From assembly GCA_963737655.1 (NCBI GenBank), contig CAVTTN010000002.1:7456001-7520000 (forward strand): DNA of 64,000 nucleotides, read 5' to 3'. A program made the translations under genes and the position numbers. The stretch comes from an uncultured Planctomycetota bacterium (GTDB lineage Bacteria > Planctomycetota > Planctomycetia > Isosphaerales > Isosphaeraceae). Every line of letters begins with the position of its first letter. Within the stretch, counting starts at the first letter, position 1. The notes under the pieces are model-generated. The model was not told the origin of the DNA. It worked only from the letters and a program-made list of their open reading frames with translations, and made no database searches. Positions 41,326 through 52,895 of this stretch are shown here, piece after piece.

Positions 41326-44300
41326 ATGTCCGACAAATCCCTCGTCTTCCAGCTCCTGGAAGATGCCCTCCAGTCCGGCCTCTCGCCGGAGGAGGTTTGC
41401 GTCGACCACCCGGAATTGCTGGACGAAGTGCGCGGCGAGCTGGGCCGGATCGACCGGGTCCGGGGCGAGCTCGGCGCGCTGTTCCCGGGCCGGTCCTCGT
41501 CGCCGTCTCCCGGCCTCGTCCGTCCCCAGATCCCCGGCCACGAGGTGACGGACCTGCTCGGCCGAGGGGGCATGGGGGTGGTCTACAGGGCCCGCCACGT
41601 CCGGCTGAACCGGGCGGTGGCCGTCAAAGTGCTGCTCGGCGGGGCCCACGCCTCGCCCCAGGAGCGGGCCCGGTTCCAGAGGGAGGCGGAGGCGCTGGCC
41701 GAGCTCGGCCACCCGCACGTCGTCCAGATCCACGAGGCGGGCGAATTCGACGGCCTCCCGTACTTCACGATGGAACTCGTCGAGGGCGGGACGCTCGCCG
41801 AGAGGCTCGCCGGGATGCCGCAGCCGGCGGGCCGGGCCGCGGCCCTGGTGATCCTGCTGGCCGGCGCGGTCCAGGCGGCCCACGAGCGGGGGATCGTCCA
41901 TCGGGACCTGAAGCCCTCCAACGTCCTCCTGACGCACGACGGCTCGCCCAAGATCTCCGACTTCGGCCTCGCCCGCCGGCTCGCGCCGGGGGCCGACCTC
42001 ACCCGGACGGGGACGCGGCTCGGGACGCCCAGCTACATGGCCCCCGAGCAGGCGTCGGGCCGGGCCGGAGGGGCCGGGCCGGGCGTCGATGTGTATGCCC
42101 TGGGGGCGTTATTGTACGAGCTGCTCACCGGCCGGCCCCCGTTCAAGGCGGAGACCGCCGCCGAGACCGAGCGCCAGGTGATCGCCGAGGAACCCGCGTC
42201 GCCGTCGAGTCTGAACGCGCGGGTCCCCCGCGACCTGGAGACGATCTGCCTGAAATGCCTGAGCAAGGACCCGGGCCGGCGCTACGCCTCGGCCCTCGCG
42301 CTCGCGGACGACCTCGGGCGGTTCCAGAAGGGCGAACCGATCGCCGCCCGCCCCGTCGGCGCCCTCGAGTATGCCGCCAAGTGGACGCGCCGTCACCCCG
42401 GGCGTGCGGCGGCCCTGGTCGGCGGCACCCTCTTCGCGCTCGTGTTCCTCGCGAGCGGATGGTGGGTCCTCGCCGAGAGGGCCGCGATGGCGAGGGAGGT
42501 CCAACAGGACCTCGTGAAGGCGGAACAGGCCCTGGAGCGGTCGGACTGGCCGGAGGCGCGGGCCGCCGTCGAGCTGGCGAGGACGCGACTGGGTCATGGC
42601 GGCCCCGTCGAACTGCGCCGGCGGCTCGATCGCGCGGATCGGGGCCTGAAGTTGGCGGACCGGTTGGAAGAGATCCAGACGCGGAACCAGGAATTCGATT
42701 TCATCCCGGACAAGAAGCGCAACCCCGAGGAGCCGGTCTTCAGTTCCGGGACGGACAAGGAGTTCGAGGAAGCGTTCCGAGGGGCGGCGCTGGGCAACGT
42801 CGGCGACCCGCCCGAACAGGCCGCCGGCCGGATCCGGGAGACGGGCATCCGCCGGGCGATCGTGGAAGCGTTCGACGTCTGGTCCCTCTACGCGGGTGAC
42901 ATCCGGAGGGTCAAGTGGATCTCCGCGGTCGCCAACCTCGCGGATTCGGACCAGACGGCCTGGCGAAAGCGGGTCCGCGACCCATCGACCCGGTCGAACA
43001 GGGCCGCCATCGAGGAACTGGCCCGCACCGCGCCGCTCGACGGCCAGTCGGTCCAGCTCCACCTCGCGCTCGGGAGGCGGTTGGGCGGCGTCAAGGCGGA
43101 CGATGTCGGTTTCCTCCGGCGGGTGCAGGCGGCGAACCGGAACAACTACTGGATCACGTTCGAGTTGGCCCGACTGCTGGCGGAGCGGCACGACCACGAC
43201 GCGCTCGGGTACTATCGGGCGGCGGTGGCCATCCGGCCGCGGTCGTTCTCGGCCCTGACGGGCCTGGGGCGCCTCCTGCTCGATTACGGGCGAATCGCCG
43301 AGGCCGAGGAGACCCAGCGGTTCCTCATCGAGCTCTACCCCGATCGCGACATCCCGTACCACACCATGGCGGTCATCAACCGCGAACAGGCCCGGTTCGA
43401 TCTCGCCGTCGCCAACTGCCGGGAGGCGATCCGGCGCAACCCCGCGTCGGGCACTGCTTACGGCACGCTCGGATGGGTCCTCATCGAGCTGGGCGAGTTC
43501 GAGGAGGCCCGGGCGATGGCCTCACGCGCGCTCGAGCTGCTCCCCGCGGAGGACGTGAACCGGAGCTGGACGAAAGGGGTGATCTTCCGCTGCGACCGCC
43601 TCCTCACGCTCGACCGCCGCCTGCGTGAGATCGCGGAGGGGAGCGTCCCGCCCGTGGACGCCAACCAGGCCGTGGATTTCGCGGAACTCTGCACCATCCG
43701 GCGCCGGCCCGCCGCCGCGGTCCGCCTCTACGCCGCCGCATTCGCCCTCGATTCGCGAGTGCGCGTCTCGAACGCGAGCCGTCCCGTCTATCTGGCCGCC
43801 CGCGCCGCGGTGCGGGCGGGAGTCGGGAACGGCGAGGACTCCCCGCCCGACGGCCCGGGCCGGGCGGCCCTGCGGAAACAGGCCCTCGACTGGCTTCGCA
43901 CCGAACGCGACCTCCGGGCTCCCGGATACACCGTCGGCGAGGCCGACTCCCGATGGATCACGGCGCGCGAGATGCGATTGTGGCGGTACGACACGACCCT
44001 GGCCCCGGTCCGCGACCCGGAAGCCCTCGCCGGGCTGGGCGCGGACGAGAGTCGGCGGTGGAAGTTGCTGTGGACGAGCCTGGATCGCGTGGCGGACGGC
44101 GGCCAGGTCGCGACCGTCGAATCCGCGCAGTCCTACGCCGCCCGCCGGGAGTGGGAGTCCGCCGCCGAGAGCTACGCCGCGCTGGGCGAAACCATCCCGC
44201 CCGTCCTCCTTCAGGAGTGGTTCGAGCTCGCGGCGGTGCAACTTCTGTCCGGGGATCGCGACGGCTATCGCCAGACCTGCGAGCGTCTCGAGACGCCGTA

Positions 44301-44763
44301 CCCCGGCACGTCCTCGGTACGCCCCTATCACCGGGCCCGGGCTTGTACGCTCGCCCCGGACGCCGTCGCCGACATCGCGAAGGTCCAGGCGCTGGGCGAG
44401 GAGGAGTTGAAGCTCGCCCCCGACGCTCACTGGTCCCTGACCGAACAGGCGGCGTTGTACCACCGGGCCGGCCAGCCCCAGAAGGCCGTGCCGCTCCTGG
44501 AGAGGAGCCTCGAAGTCAACAATCGCCCGGGGGCTCAGGTCGTGAGCTTCCTGTGGCTCTCGCTCGCGCACCAGCGGCTCGGGCACCTTGAGGAGGCGCA
44601 ACGGTGGCGAGACAGGGCCGCGACATGGCTGGATCAGTTCGGTGACGGCGCGATGCCCGTGGGTCCGGCCGCCGAGGGGCTCGACCTCCACAACTGGCTG
44701 GAAGCCCTGATCCTGAGGAAGGAGGCGGAGGCCCTCCTCGGCCCTGCGCACCCGGCCCGGTGA
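41326..44763 (+). CDS. Ser/Thr protein kinase with TM and TPR repeats
   Basis: N-terminal SPEEVC..HPELL, LGRGGMGVVY, HRDLKPSN, DFG, GTPSYMAPEQ, TPR helices. Confidence 0.92.
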   Translation: MSDKSLVFQLLEDALQSGLSPEEVCVDHPELLDEVRGELGRIDRVRGELGALFPGRSSSPSPGLVRPQIPGHEVTDLLGRGGMGVVYRARHVRLNRAVAVKVLLGGAHASPQERARFQREAEALAELGHPHVVQIHEAGEFDGLPYFTMELVEGGTLAERLAGMPQPAGRAAALVILLAGAVQAAHERGIVHRDLKPSNVLLTHDGSPKISDFGLARRLAPGADLTRTGTRLGTPSYMAPEQASGRAGGAGPGVDVYALGALLYELLTGRPPFKAETAAETERQVIAEEPASPSSLNARVPRDLETICLKCLSKDPGRRYASALALADDLGRFQKGEPIAARPVGALEYAAKWTRRHPGRAAALVGGTLFALVFLASGWWVLAERAAMAREVQQDLVKAEQALERSDWPEARAAVELARTRLGHGGPVELRRRLDRADRGLKLADRLEEIQTRNQEFDFIPDKKRNPEEPVFSSGTDKEFEEAFRGAALGNVGDPPEQAAGRIRETGIRRAIVEAFDVWSLYAGDIRRVKWISAVANLADSDQTAWRKRVRDPSTRSNRAAIEELARTAPLDGQSVQLHLALGRRLGGVKADDVGFLRRVQAANRNNYWITFELARLLAERHDHDALGYYRAAVAIRPRSFSALTGLGRLLLDYGRIAEAEETQRFLIELYPDRDIPYHTMAVINREQARFDLAVANCREAIRRNPASGTAYGTLGWVLIELGEFEEARAMASRALELLPAEDVNRSWTKGVIFRCDRLLTLDRRLREIAEGSVPPVDANQAVDFAELCTIRRRPAAAVRLYAAAFALDSRVRVSNASRPVYLAARAAVRAGVGNGEDSPPDGPGRAALRKQALDWLRTERDLRAPGYTVGEADSRWITAREMRLWRYDTTLAPVRDPEALAGLGADESRRWKLLWTSLDRVADGGQVATVESAQSYAARREWESAAESYAALGETIPPVLLQEWFELAAVQLLSGDRDGYRQTCERLETPYPGTSSVRPYHRARACTLAPDAVADIAKVQALGEEELKLAPDAHWSLTEQAALYHRAGQPQKAVPLLERSLEVNNRPGAQVVSFLWLSLAHQRLGHLEEAQRWRDRAATWLDQFGDGAMPVGPAAEGLDLHNWLEALILRKEAEALLGPAHPAR

Positions 44764-45074
44764 GTGCCCGGGCCGGCTTCGGCGACCCTTGACCCTTGCC
44801 GGGCCGGCCTGGGCCCGAGCGAGCGCGGAGGCGATCGGATCGGCTGTCCGCATCCCGCGCTCCGTACAACTGGCGGGGCCGACGGACGGAGAGGATTCGC
44901 GTCCTTCGCTCCGGGCTCGGCCCTCCCCGCGCCGAATTCGTCGAGAGCGTCGGCATTTGGCGGTCGCCCATCGTGGATCATGGGCAGACGGCGACGGCTC
45001 GGCCGCCGCGGCCCTTGAAGGCGGCGCGGACGGCGGGCATTGATCCCTCGGAGGGCGTCCGCCGCTCGTCTGTC

Positions 45075-46157
45075 TCATGGACCGGGCCGGATGCCCAGGC
45101 GGAGCCGGTCCGGCGATCCGGGCGACGCCAGCAACTGCTCGATCGCTCCGAGCGGCTGCCAGTCGGCGACGAGGCCCTCGAACGGGAAAGGGGGATGGTC
45201 GGCGAGGAAGTCCAACGCGGCGCGCAGGTGCCTCGGCGCGTAGTTGTGGACGCCTCGGAGGGTCAGGCATCGTCGGACGATCTGCTCCGGCGCGATCGGC
45301 ACGGGGCGCGTCGGGAAGACCGAGCCGACGAGGACGACCGTTCCGCCGAGCCTGACCAGGGGCAAGATCGCCTCGATCGACTCCGCGGCCCCCGTCATCT
45401 CCAATGCGACGTCGAACCCGTAACCGCCCGTGCTGTCGAGGGCGATCGAGGCGAGGTCATCCGGGGAGGCCGCGTGCGTCGCGCCGAACCGCCCGGCCAG
45501 GGCCCGCCGATCCGGATCGAGGTCGCAGGCGATCACGGCTTCGGCGCCGAGCGTCCGCGCCCAGGCCATCGCGGTCACCCCGAGCATCCCGCTGCCCATC
45601 ACCAGGACGCGACGACCCGCGATCGGTCCGGCCGCTTCCAGGGCGGCCGCCACGGTTGCGGTCGCGCAATTCACCGGGCAGGCCACGGCGTCGGGGAGGT
45701 CGTCCGGGACCCGGAGCACGGTCGTCCCCGGCACGAGCAGGCAGTGGCCGGCGAGCCCGCCCACCAGTTCCAGGCCGGGCCGGAGCGGCTCGTGGCCGTA
45801 CTTCACCTGCCGCTCGCACTTCTGCGGCAGGTCGCGGCGACAATAGAAGCAGCCTCCGCAGATCGCGACCACGCCCCAGGTGACGCGATCGCCCTCCCGG
45901 AGGGGGATGCCGGCCGCGTCGCGCCGTGGCGCCTCCGGCCCGAACGAGGCCACCCGGCCGAGGATCTCGTGCCCGAGGATCGTCGGCGTCGCGACGGTCC
46001 GGCGGCCATGCAAGGTGTGGAGGTCGCTGCCGCAGAGCGTGCACGCGAGGACCTCGACGAGCATCGCGGAACCGCCGGCCTCCGGGATCGCGATCTCCCG
46101 GAGATCCAGCGACAGGCCCGGCCCGCGGAAGACGGCGGCGAGGGTCGTTCGCCTCAT
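45075..46157 (-). CDS. Zn-dependent alcohol dehydrogenase, phosphonate-cluster type (TIGR03366-like)
   Basis: CGSDLH, GHE, CGGCFYC...C, KYGHE, NCATAT, GSGMLG, GVHNY. Confidence 0.85.
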   Translation of the reverse strand: MRRTTLAAVFRGPGLSLDLREIAIPEAGGSAMLVEVLACTLCGSDLHTLHGRRTVATPTILGHEILGRVASFGPEAPRRDAAGIPLREGDRVTWGVVAICGGCFYCRRDLPQKCERQVKYGHEPLRPGLELVGGLAGHCLLVPGTTVLRVPDDLPDAVACPVNCATATVAAALEAAGPIAGRRVLVMGSGMLGVTAMAWARTLGAEAVIACDLDPDRRALAGRFGATHAASPDDLASIALDSTGGYGFDVALEMTGAAESIEAILPLVRLGGTVVLVGSVFPTRPVPIAPEQIVRRCLTLRGVHNYAPRHLRAALDFLADHPPFPFEGLVADWQPLGAIEQLLASPGSPDRLRLGIRPGP

Positions 46158-47449
46158 CGCACCGCCCCCGCCGGGACGGCCCGGATTCCCCGTCGCGCGA
46201 AATACAACCCGCCGAGCCCCAGGCTGACGCAGGTGAGGACGCCGATGATCGCGCACGCCACCTCGAAGAACCGCAAGAACCCGCCGCCCGACGGCAGGGC
46301 ACCCCGGGCGAGCATCAGGAGGACATAACCGAAGTATCCGGCCGAGTCCGCCACGTACATCAGGAACCCGAGGTTGCCCCGGTCCCTCACGATCGCGATC
46401 AGCCGCTCGAAGATCGTCGTGTGGATGGCCACGTAAGGCAGGTAGAGGCCCGTGCCCAGCAGGACCATGAACGCGAAGCCGCCGAGCCGCCCGCTCCCCA
46501 GCCCGGCCAGGGCGATGAGCATCAGCATTGCCCCGGCGATCCCCACCCCGATCGACGCGAAGAACGCCCGGCGATTCTCGACGATCAGGACGCCCAGGCC
46601 ATTCACGAGCAGGACGACCGCGGCCACCAGGACCTCCGACCTCGAGAACAGCGCCGGGTCCACCGCGATGCCGAGCCCTCGCCAGATCTCGGCGCGAAAT
46701 CGGCCCGGAGGCTCCGGGCGATCGTGACCAGGAAGTAGGCCGCGACGATCGCGATCAGGCCGGCGCCGTGGCGTCGCAGCATGGCCCGGCGGTCGGCCCT
46801 GCTCATCGTCGGGCGGTCGCTCCGGAGGGCGACGTCGCGGTCGTCGGGCGGGGGGATGTCGCCCGAGCATCCACGTGGCCACCAGGAGGGGCGGCAGGAA
46901 GATCAGGCCCGCCGCCGCGGGCATCCAGCGCTCGGTCACGCCCCGGTCGAGCAGAAGCGTGCCGACGGACTTGGTCACGCCGTCGGCGAGGATGAAGCTG
47001 GCGCAGAGGCCGGCCGTCAGGGCCTCCGTGACGCGGCGCCCTTCGAGGAAGCCGAGCACCAGGCCGAAGACCATCCCCAGCGCCAGGCCGTTCAGGAACA
47101 GGCCGGCGACGTGCAGCGGCGACGGCGCGACGCCGAAAAGGACCAGAGCCGCCTCGGCCGCCGCGATCAGCAGGACGATCCCGGCCGTCCGCCGCCTCGG
47201 CGGGGTCTCGGCGATCACCCGGATGCCCACGAACTTCGACGCGGCGTAGCCGAGCACCTGCGCCGCCACGAGCACCGTCTTCTCGTCGATCCCCAGGACC
47301 CTGCCGCCGGAGAAAGTCGCCGCGGTGAAGGGCTTTCGGAATCCATAAGTGCAGAAGTAGGCCGTGAACGCCGCGACCGCCGACCACGCGGCCAGGGCCG
47401 TCGAGGACGGCCGCCCCCCCGCGGCGGGTTGTCGGTCGATGATGGTCAT
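46154..47449 (-). CDS. DUF5690 family transporter; two compensating frameshifts near 46860 and 46700
   Basis: YFCTYGFRKPFTA, QVLGYAASKFVGI, FLEGRR, YVADSAGY. The missing TM is in ORF 46603-46806. Confidence 0.85.
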   Translation of the reverse strand: MTIIDRQPAAGGRPSSTALAAWSAVAAFTAYFCTYGFRKPFTAATFSGGRVLGIDEKTVLVAAQVLGYAASKFVGIRVIAETPPRRRTAGIVLLIAAAEAALVLFGVAPSPLHVAGLFLNGLALGMVFGLVLGFLEGRRVTEALTAGLCASFILADGVTKSVGTLLLDRGVTERWMPAAAGLIFLPPLLVATWMLGRHPPARRPRRRPPERPPDDEQGRPPGHAATPRRRPDRDRRGLLPGHDRPEPPGRFRAEIWRGLGIAVDPALFSRSEVLVAAVVLLVNGLGVLIVENRRAFFASIGVGIAGAMLMLIALAGLGSGRLGGFAFMVLLGTGLYLPYVAIHTTIFERLIAIVRDRGNLGFLMYVADSAGYFGYVLLMLARGALPSGGGFLRFFEVACAIIGVLTCVSLGLGGLYFARRGIRAVPAGAVR

Positions 47450-47554
47450 GCGAGAATCGCCCCCTCGCCCTGGTCGGAATCACGCGGCCTGATCCCGGAA
47501 ACGGCCCGACCAGGGTACCATCCCATTGCGAAGATCGTGTGGAGGACGATTCGA

Positions 47555-48142
47555 GTGACCGCCAGGACTCCCGGGGCCGTCGACGCGATCCGCGGGCTCT
47601 TCGCCGAGAGGGGCGATTCGGCCTACGGCGGCGAATCCGTCTCGCAGCTCGAGCACGCCCTCCAGGCCGCCGCCCTGGCCCGTCGCGACGGCGCGGGCGC
47701 GGCCCTCATCACGGCCGCCTTGCTCCACGACGTCGGGCACCTCCTCCACGACCTCCCGGACGACGCCCCCGATCGCGGCGTCGATGACACCCACGAGGCG
47801 ATCGCCGCCCGATGGCTCTCCCCCTGGTTCGGGCCCGACGTGATCGAGCCGATCCGCCGGCACGTCGACGCCAAGCGTTACCTCTGCGCCGTCGAGCCGG
47901 GATACCAGCAGCGGCTCAGCGAGGCGTCCGCGGTCAGCCTGCGGCTCCAGGGAGGGCCGATGTCGGCCGTCGAGGTTCGCGCGTTCCAAGAGTCGCCCCA
48001 CCTTGCCGACGCCGTCGCCCTGCGGAGATGGGACGACGAGGCGAAGGACCCCGAACTCTCCGCCCCGGACTTCGAGTCCTACGTCTCGACGATCGAGGAG
48101 GCGCTCGCGGCCTCGGTCGCCGAGAGTCGGGGCGAGCCATGA
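47555..48142 (+). CDS. PhnZ-like HD-domain di-iron oxygenase
   Basis: YGGESVSQLEHALQAA, LLHDVGH, HE, HVDAKRYL, SLRLQGG, LRRWDDEAK; GGAGG RBS + GTG. Confidence 0.88.
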   Translation: MTARTPGAVDAIRGLFAERGDSAYGGESVSQLEHALQAAALARRDGAGAALITAALLHDVGHLLHDLPDDAPDRGVDDTHEAIAARWLSPWFGPDVIEPIRRHVDAKRYLCAVEPGYQQRLSEASAVSLRLQGGPMSAVEVRAFQESPHLADAVALRRWDDEAKDPELSAPDFESYVSTIEEALAASVAESRGEP

Positions 48143-49293
48143 GCGCGACCGTCGAGCCGCCGAGCCCGGCCGAGGACGTCGGCATCATCGGCGCGGGGAT
48201 CGTCGGCCTGGCGCACGCCCTTTCGGCGGCGCGTCGGGGGCACCGGGTCACGGTCTTCGAGCGCGATCGCGAGGCGAGCGGGGCGTCGATCCGCAACTTC
48301 GGCATGGTCTGGCCGATCGGCCAGCCGGCGGGCGACCGGCACGCGATCGCGACGGAAAGCTGCGCCATCTGGCTCGAACTCGGCCGCGAGTCCGGCCTCT
48401 GGGTCAACCCCTGCGGGTCGATCCACCTGGCGCACCGCGAAGACGAATGGTCCGTGCTCCGGGAGTTCGCCCGCGCCGCCCCGGATCTCGGCTACCCGTG
48501 CGAGCTCTGGACCCGCGACGAGGTCCGCCAACGGACGGACGCCGCGAACCCGGACGGGCTGATCGGCGGCCTGTTCAGCCCCACCGAGCTGGCCGTCAAC
48601 CCCCGGGCCGCGATCCGGCTCCTGACCGACTGGCTCGCCCGGCGGTTCGGCGTGCGGTTCGAGTTCGGCACCGCGATCACCGATATCGATTGTGGTTGGG
48701 TCCGGGCCGCGGACGGACGTGGCTGGGACTTCCACCGGACGCTCATCTGCGGCGGATCGGATTTTGAGACCCTCTTCCCCGAGGTCCTGCGATCCTCCGG
48801 CCTGAGGCGCTGCAAGCTCCAGATGCTCGCGACGGCGGCTCAGCCCGACGGCTGGAGGCTCGGCCCGCACCTGGCGAGCGGCCTGACCCTCCGGCACTAC
48901 GCCAACTTCGGCGTCGCCCCGGGCCTCCCCGCGCTCCGCGGCCGGATCGCGGCCGAGACGCCGGAGCTGGACCGTCTCGGCATCCACGTGATGGCCTCGC
49001 AGGATGACGCGGGCGAGGTCATCCTCGGCGATTCCCACGAATATGACGAGGCGATCTCCCCCTTCGACAAGGCCGAGATCGACGCTCTGATCCTCCGAGA
49101 GGCGCGCCGCGTGTTCCGGTTGCCCGACTGGACGATCGCCCGGCGGTGGCACGGGATTTATGCCAGGCACGAGGATTTTCCCGCGTTCGAGGCCGAGCCG
49201 ATGCCGGGGGTCCACATCCGGACCGGGACCGGCGGCGCGGGGATGACGATGGCGTTCGGCCTCGCCGAGCGATCCTGGGGGGCCTGGTCATGA
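48139..49293 (+). CDS. FAD-dependent oxidoreductase (TIGR03364-like, phosphonate cluster)
   Basis: IGAGIVG, GASIRNFGMVWP, CKLQM, SGLTLRHY, ILGDSHEY, GGAGMT. Confidence 0.88.
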   Translation: MSATVEPPSPAEDVGIIGAGIVGLAHALSAARRGHRVTVFERDREASGASIRNFGMVWPIGQPAGDRHAIATESCAIWLELGRESGLWVNPCGSIHLAHREDEWSVLREFARAAPDLGYPCELWTRDEVRQRTDAANPDGLIGGLFSPTELAVNPRAAIRLLTDWLARRFGVRFEFGTAITDIDCGWVRAADGRGWDFHRTLICGGSDFETLFPEVLRSSGLRRCKLQMLATAAQPDGWRLGPHLASGLTLRHYANFGVAPGLPALRGRIAAETPELDRLGIHVMASQDDAGEVILGDSHEYDEAISPFDKAEIDALILREARRVFRLPDWTIARRWHGIYARHEDFPAFEAEPMPGVHIRTGTGGAGMTMAFGLAERSWGAWS

Positions 49294-50087
49294 CGGGACC
49301 GCCGAGGCGCATCCGCGCCGTGATCTTCGACTGGGCCGGGACGACGATCGACCACGGCAGTCGCGCCCCGGTCGAGGCCGTCGTCGCGGCCTTCCGCCCC
49401 TGGGGGATCGAGCTCTCCGCCGTCGAGGCCCGGGGCCCGATGGGCCGGGCGAAGCGCGAGCACATCGCCGCTCTGTTCGCGTTGCCGCGAGTCGAGTCGG
49501 CCTGGCGTTCGCGACACGGCCGGGGCCCGACCGACGAGGACATCGACCGCGTCTACGCGGAATTCCTCCCCCTTCAGGAAAGGGTCCTGGCCGATCACTG
49601 CGACGTGATCGCCGGGGTGCCCGAGGTCGTCGCCGAACTCCGTCGCCGGGGCATCCGGGTCGGCTCGACCACCGGATACACGAAGGCCCTGATGGACGTC
49701 GTCGCCCCCCTGGCCCGGGCCGGCGGGTTCGATCCCGAGGTCATCCTCTGCGCCGACGACGTCCCCCGAGGTCGCCCGGCCCCCTGGATGGTCTTCCGGG
49801 CCGCCGAGCGGCTCGACGTGTACCCGATGTCCGAGGTCGTCGTCGTCGACGACACGCCGGTCGGCATCGAGGCCGGTCGGAACGCGGGCGCGGCGACGGT
49901 TGCCGTCACGCGGACCGGGAACAGCCTCGGGATGTCTCGCGAGGAGGTCGCCCGGTGCGATCCCGAGGCTCTCATCGACCGGCTCCAGGCCGCCGACGCC
50001 GAATTCCGCCGCGCCGGGGTTGACGCCGTGATCGAGAGCGTGGCCGACCTCCTGACCGCGCTCGACGCCCTCGAAGTCGCCGGTTGA
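49290..50087 (+). CDS. phnX: Phosphonoacetaldehyde hydrolase
   Basis: FDWAGTTIDHGS.AP, PMGRAKREH (Schiff-base Lys), GSTTGY, GRPAPWM, DDT, GN.LG. Confidence 0.93.
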   Translation: MTGPPRRIRAVIFDWAGTTIDHGSRAPVEAVVAAFRPWGIELSAVEARGPMGRAKREHIAALFALPRVESAWRSRHGRGPTDEDIDRVYAEFLPLQERVLADHCDVIAGVPEVVAELRRRGIRVGSTTGYTKALMDVVAPLARAGGFDPEVILCADDVPRGRPAPWMVFRAAERLDVYPMSEVVVVDDTPVGIEAGRNAGAATVAVTRTGNSLGMSREEVARCDPEALIDRLQAADAEFRRAGVDAVIESVADLLTALDALEVAG

Positions 50088-50242
50088 AGGAAGCGGTGCC
50101 TCCGCCGCCGCGCCCGCAGGCGGTCACGGCCCGAGCCTGCCCGCCTCTTGCCGGCCCGACGCGAGGGGTCCAGCACGTCACGGGCCGGTCGATCTGCACG
50201 ACCGACTCGAACCACGACCAGGAGAGAAAAGGCCCCAGGGCT

Positions 50243-50381
50243 GCTTTGGAGAAAACCGCGGTGATCGAGCGGAATCGAGTAGGTCCGACTTCAGTCGGGC
50301 CTACGAAAAAAGGTTTTTTGTAGGCCCGACTGAAGTCGGACCTACTCGATAGACCCCCTCGATCGGGGTTTTCCCCAGAGC
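50243..50381. mobile_element. MITE-like wrapper B with REP doublet
   Basis: GCTTTGGAGAAAACCGCGG...doublet...CGGGGTTTTCCCCAGAGC. Confidence 0.75.
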
Positions 50382-50386
50382 ACCCC

Positions 50387-50547
50387 AAGGCCGTTTCCTC
50401 TTCCGAGAGTTTTCGGTCGGACGCATCTTGGCTGCCACGGGGTCCGCACCCGGAACCCGTGGGTCAGCCCTCACGGGTTCCGTTTTCGGAACCCAAGTCA
50501 CCCAAAACCCTTCGGAAGAATTGTCCACCGACAAAGGAAACGGCCCT
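50387..50547. mobile_element. MITE-like wrapper E with degenerate GTGG REP doublet
   Basis: AAGGCCGTTTC...GAAACGGCCCT; colinear with the reverse complement of 58161-58320. Confidence 0.75.
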
Positions 50548-50675
50548 TCGAGCCGCCGGAACCGCTCTTGCGGCCTGAAGGGCCGATGGGCTACATTGGA
50601 GCTTTCCGCCTTGATCGGAGGCGGTGCGTCCGCGTCTGGTCGGGTGGCGGCTTTTTCTTGCAGGATGGATCAGTC

Positions 50676-52040
<1,365 letters not shown>

Positions 52041-52148
52041 TCCGCGTCGTCCCGGATCGTCGGCTCATGGCCTGGTCGGCATGTTCTCATCCACGTCTCG
52101 ACTCCCTCCAGACCATGCCCTCGATCCGGGACGTTGAGGCCCGTTTCC

Positions 52149-52895
52149 ATGAGCCTCGAACCGCCCCTGCTCGCCGATGTCGGCAATTCCCGGCTGAAGT
52201 GGGGGCGAATCGACTCCCGGGGCACGCTCCTGGACCGATTGAGCCTCCCCCTGGATGACCCGTCGGCCTGGAAGGTGGCCGCCGAGTCGTGGGGGCTGAC
52301 CGGCGCCGAGACCTGGGCGATCGCCTCGGTGAATTCGGCCCGGACCGCCGGGTTTCGGCGATTCCTGGGCGATCCTGAGGACGTTCGAGTCTTCCGATCG
52401 GCGGCCGATGTGCCGGTCCGGCATCGCCTTGCCCATCCCGAGACCGCGGGGGCCGACCGCGCCCTGGCCGCCCTGGCCGCGATCCGGCGGAAGCCCGAGG
52501 GCCGGGCGGTGCTGGTCGTGTCGTGCGGGACGGCCGTGACGGTCGAGCGGATCGACGCCTCCGGCCTCTGGCAGGGCGGGGTGATCGCCCCGGGGCTGGG
52601 CCTTGCCTCGAAAAGTCTTCATGACGGCACCGCTCAACTCCCGAAAGTCGTCGTGGACCGGCCCCCGGCGTCCTGGGGGGATTCGACGGCCCCGGCGATC
52701 GCCGCCGGGGTCTTCTGGGGGACCGTCGGCGCCGTCCGCGAGATCCTCGCCCGGCAAGAACTCGACCTGGCCGATCCGGTCCACCTGTGGACCGGCGGCG
52801 ATGCCCCGATCCTGGCCCCGGCCGTCGAGGGCGACTCGGCGGAGATCGTCCCGGACCTCGTCCTGATGGGCCTGGCGGAGGCGATCCGCCCGTGA
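52149..52895 (+). CDS. coaX: Type III pantothenate kinase
   Basis: DVGNSRLKW, GADR, GTAVT, GGVIAPG, TGGDA, LVLMGL. Confidence 0.9.
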   Translation: MSLEPPLLADVGNSRLKWGRIDSRGTLLDRLSLPLDDPSAWKVAAESWGLTGAETWAIASVNSARTAGFRRFLGDPEDVRVFRSAADVPVRHRLAHPETAGADRALAALAAIRRKPEGRAVLVVSCGTAVTVERIDASGLWQGGVIAPGLGLASKSLHDGTAQLPKVVVDRPPASWGDSTAPAIAAGVFWGTVGAVREILARQELDLADPVHLWTGGDAPILAPAVEGDSAEIVPDLVLMGLAEAIRP

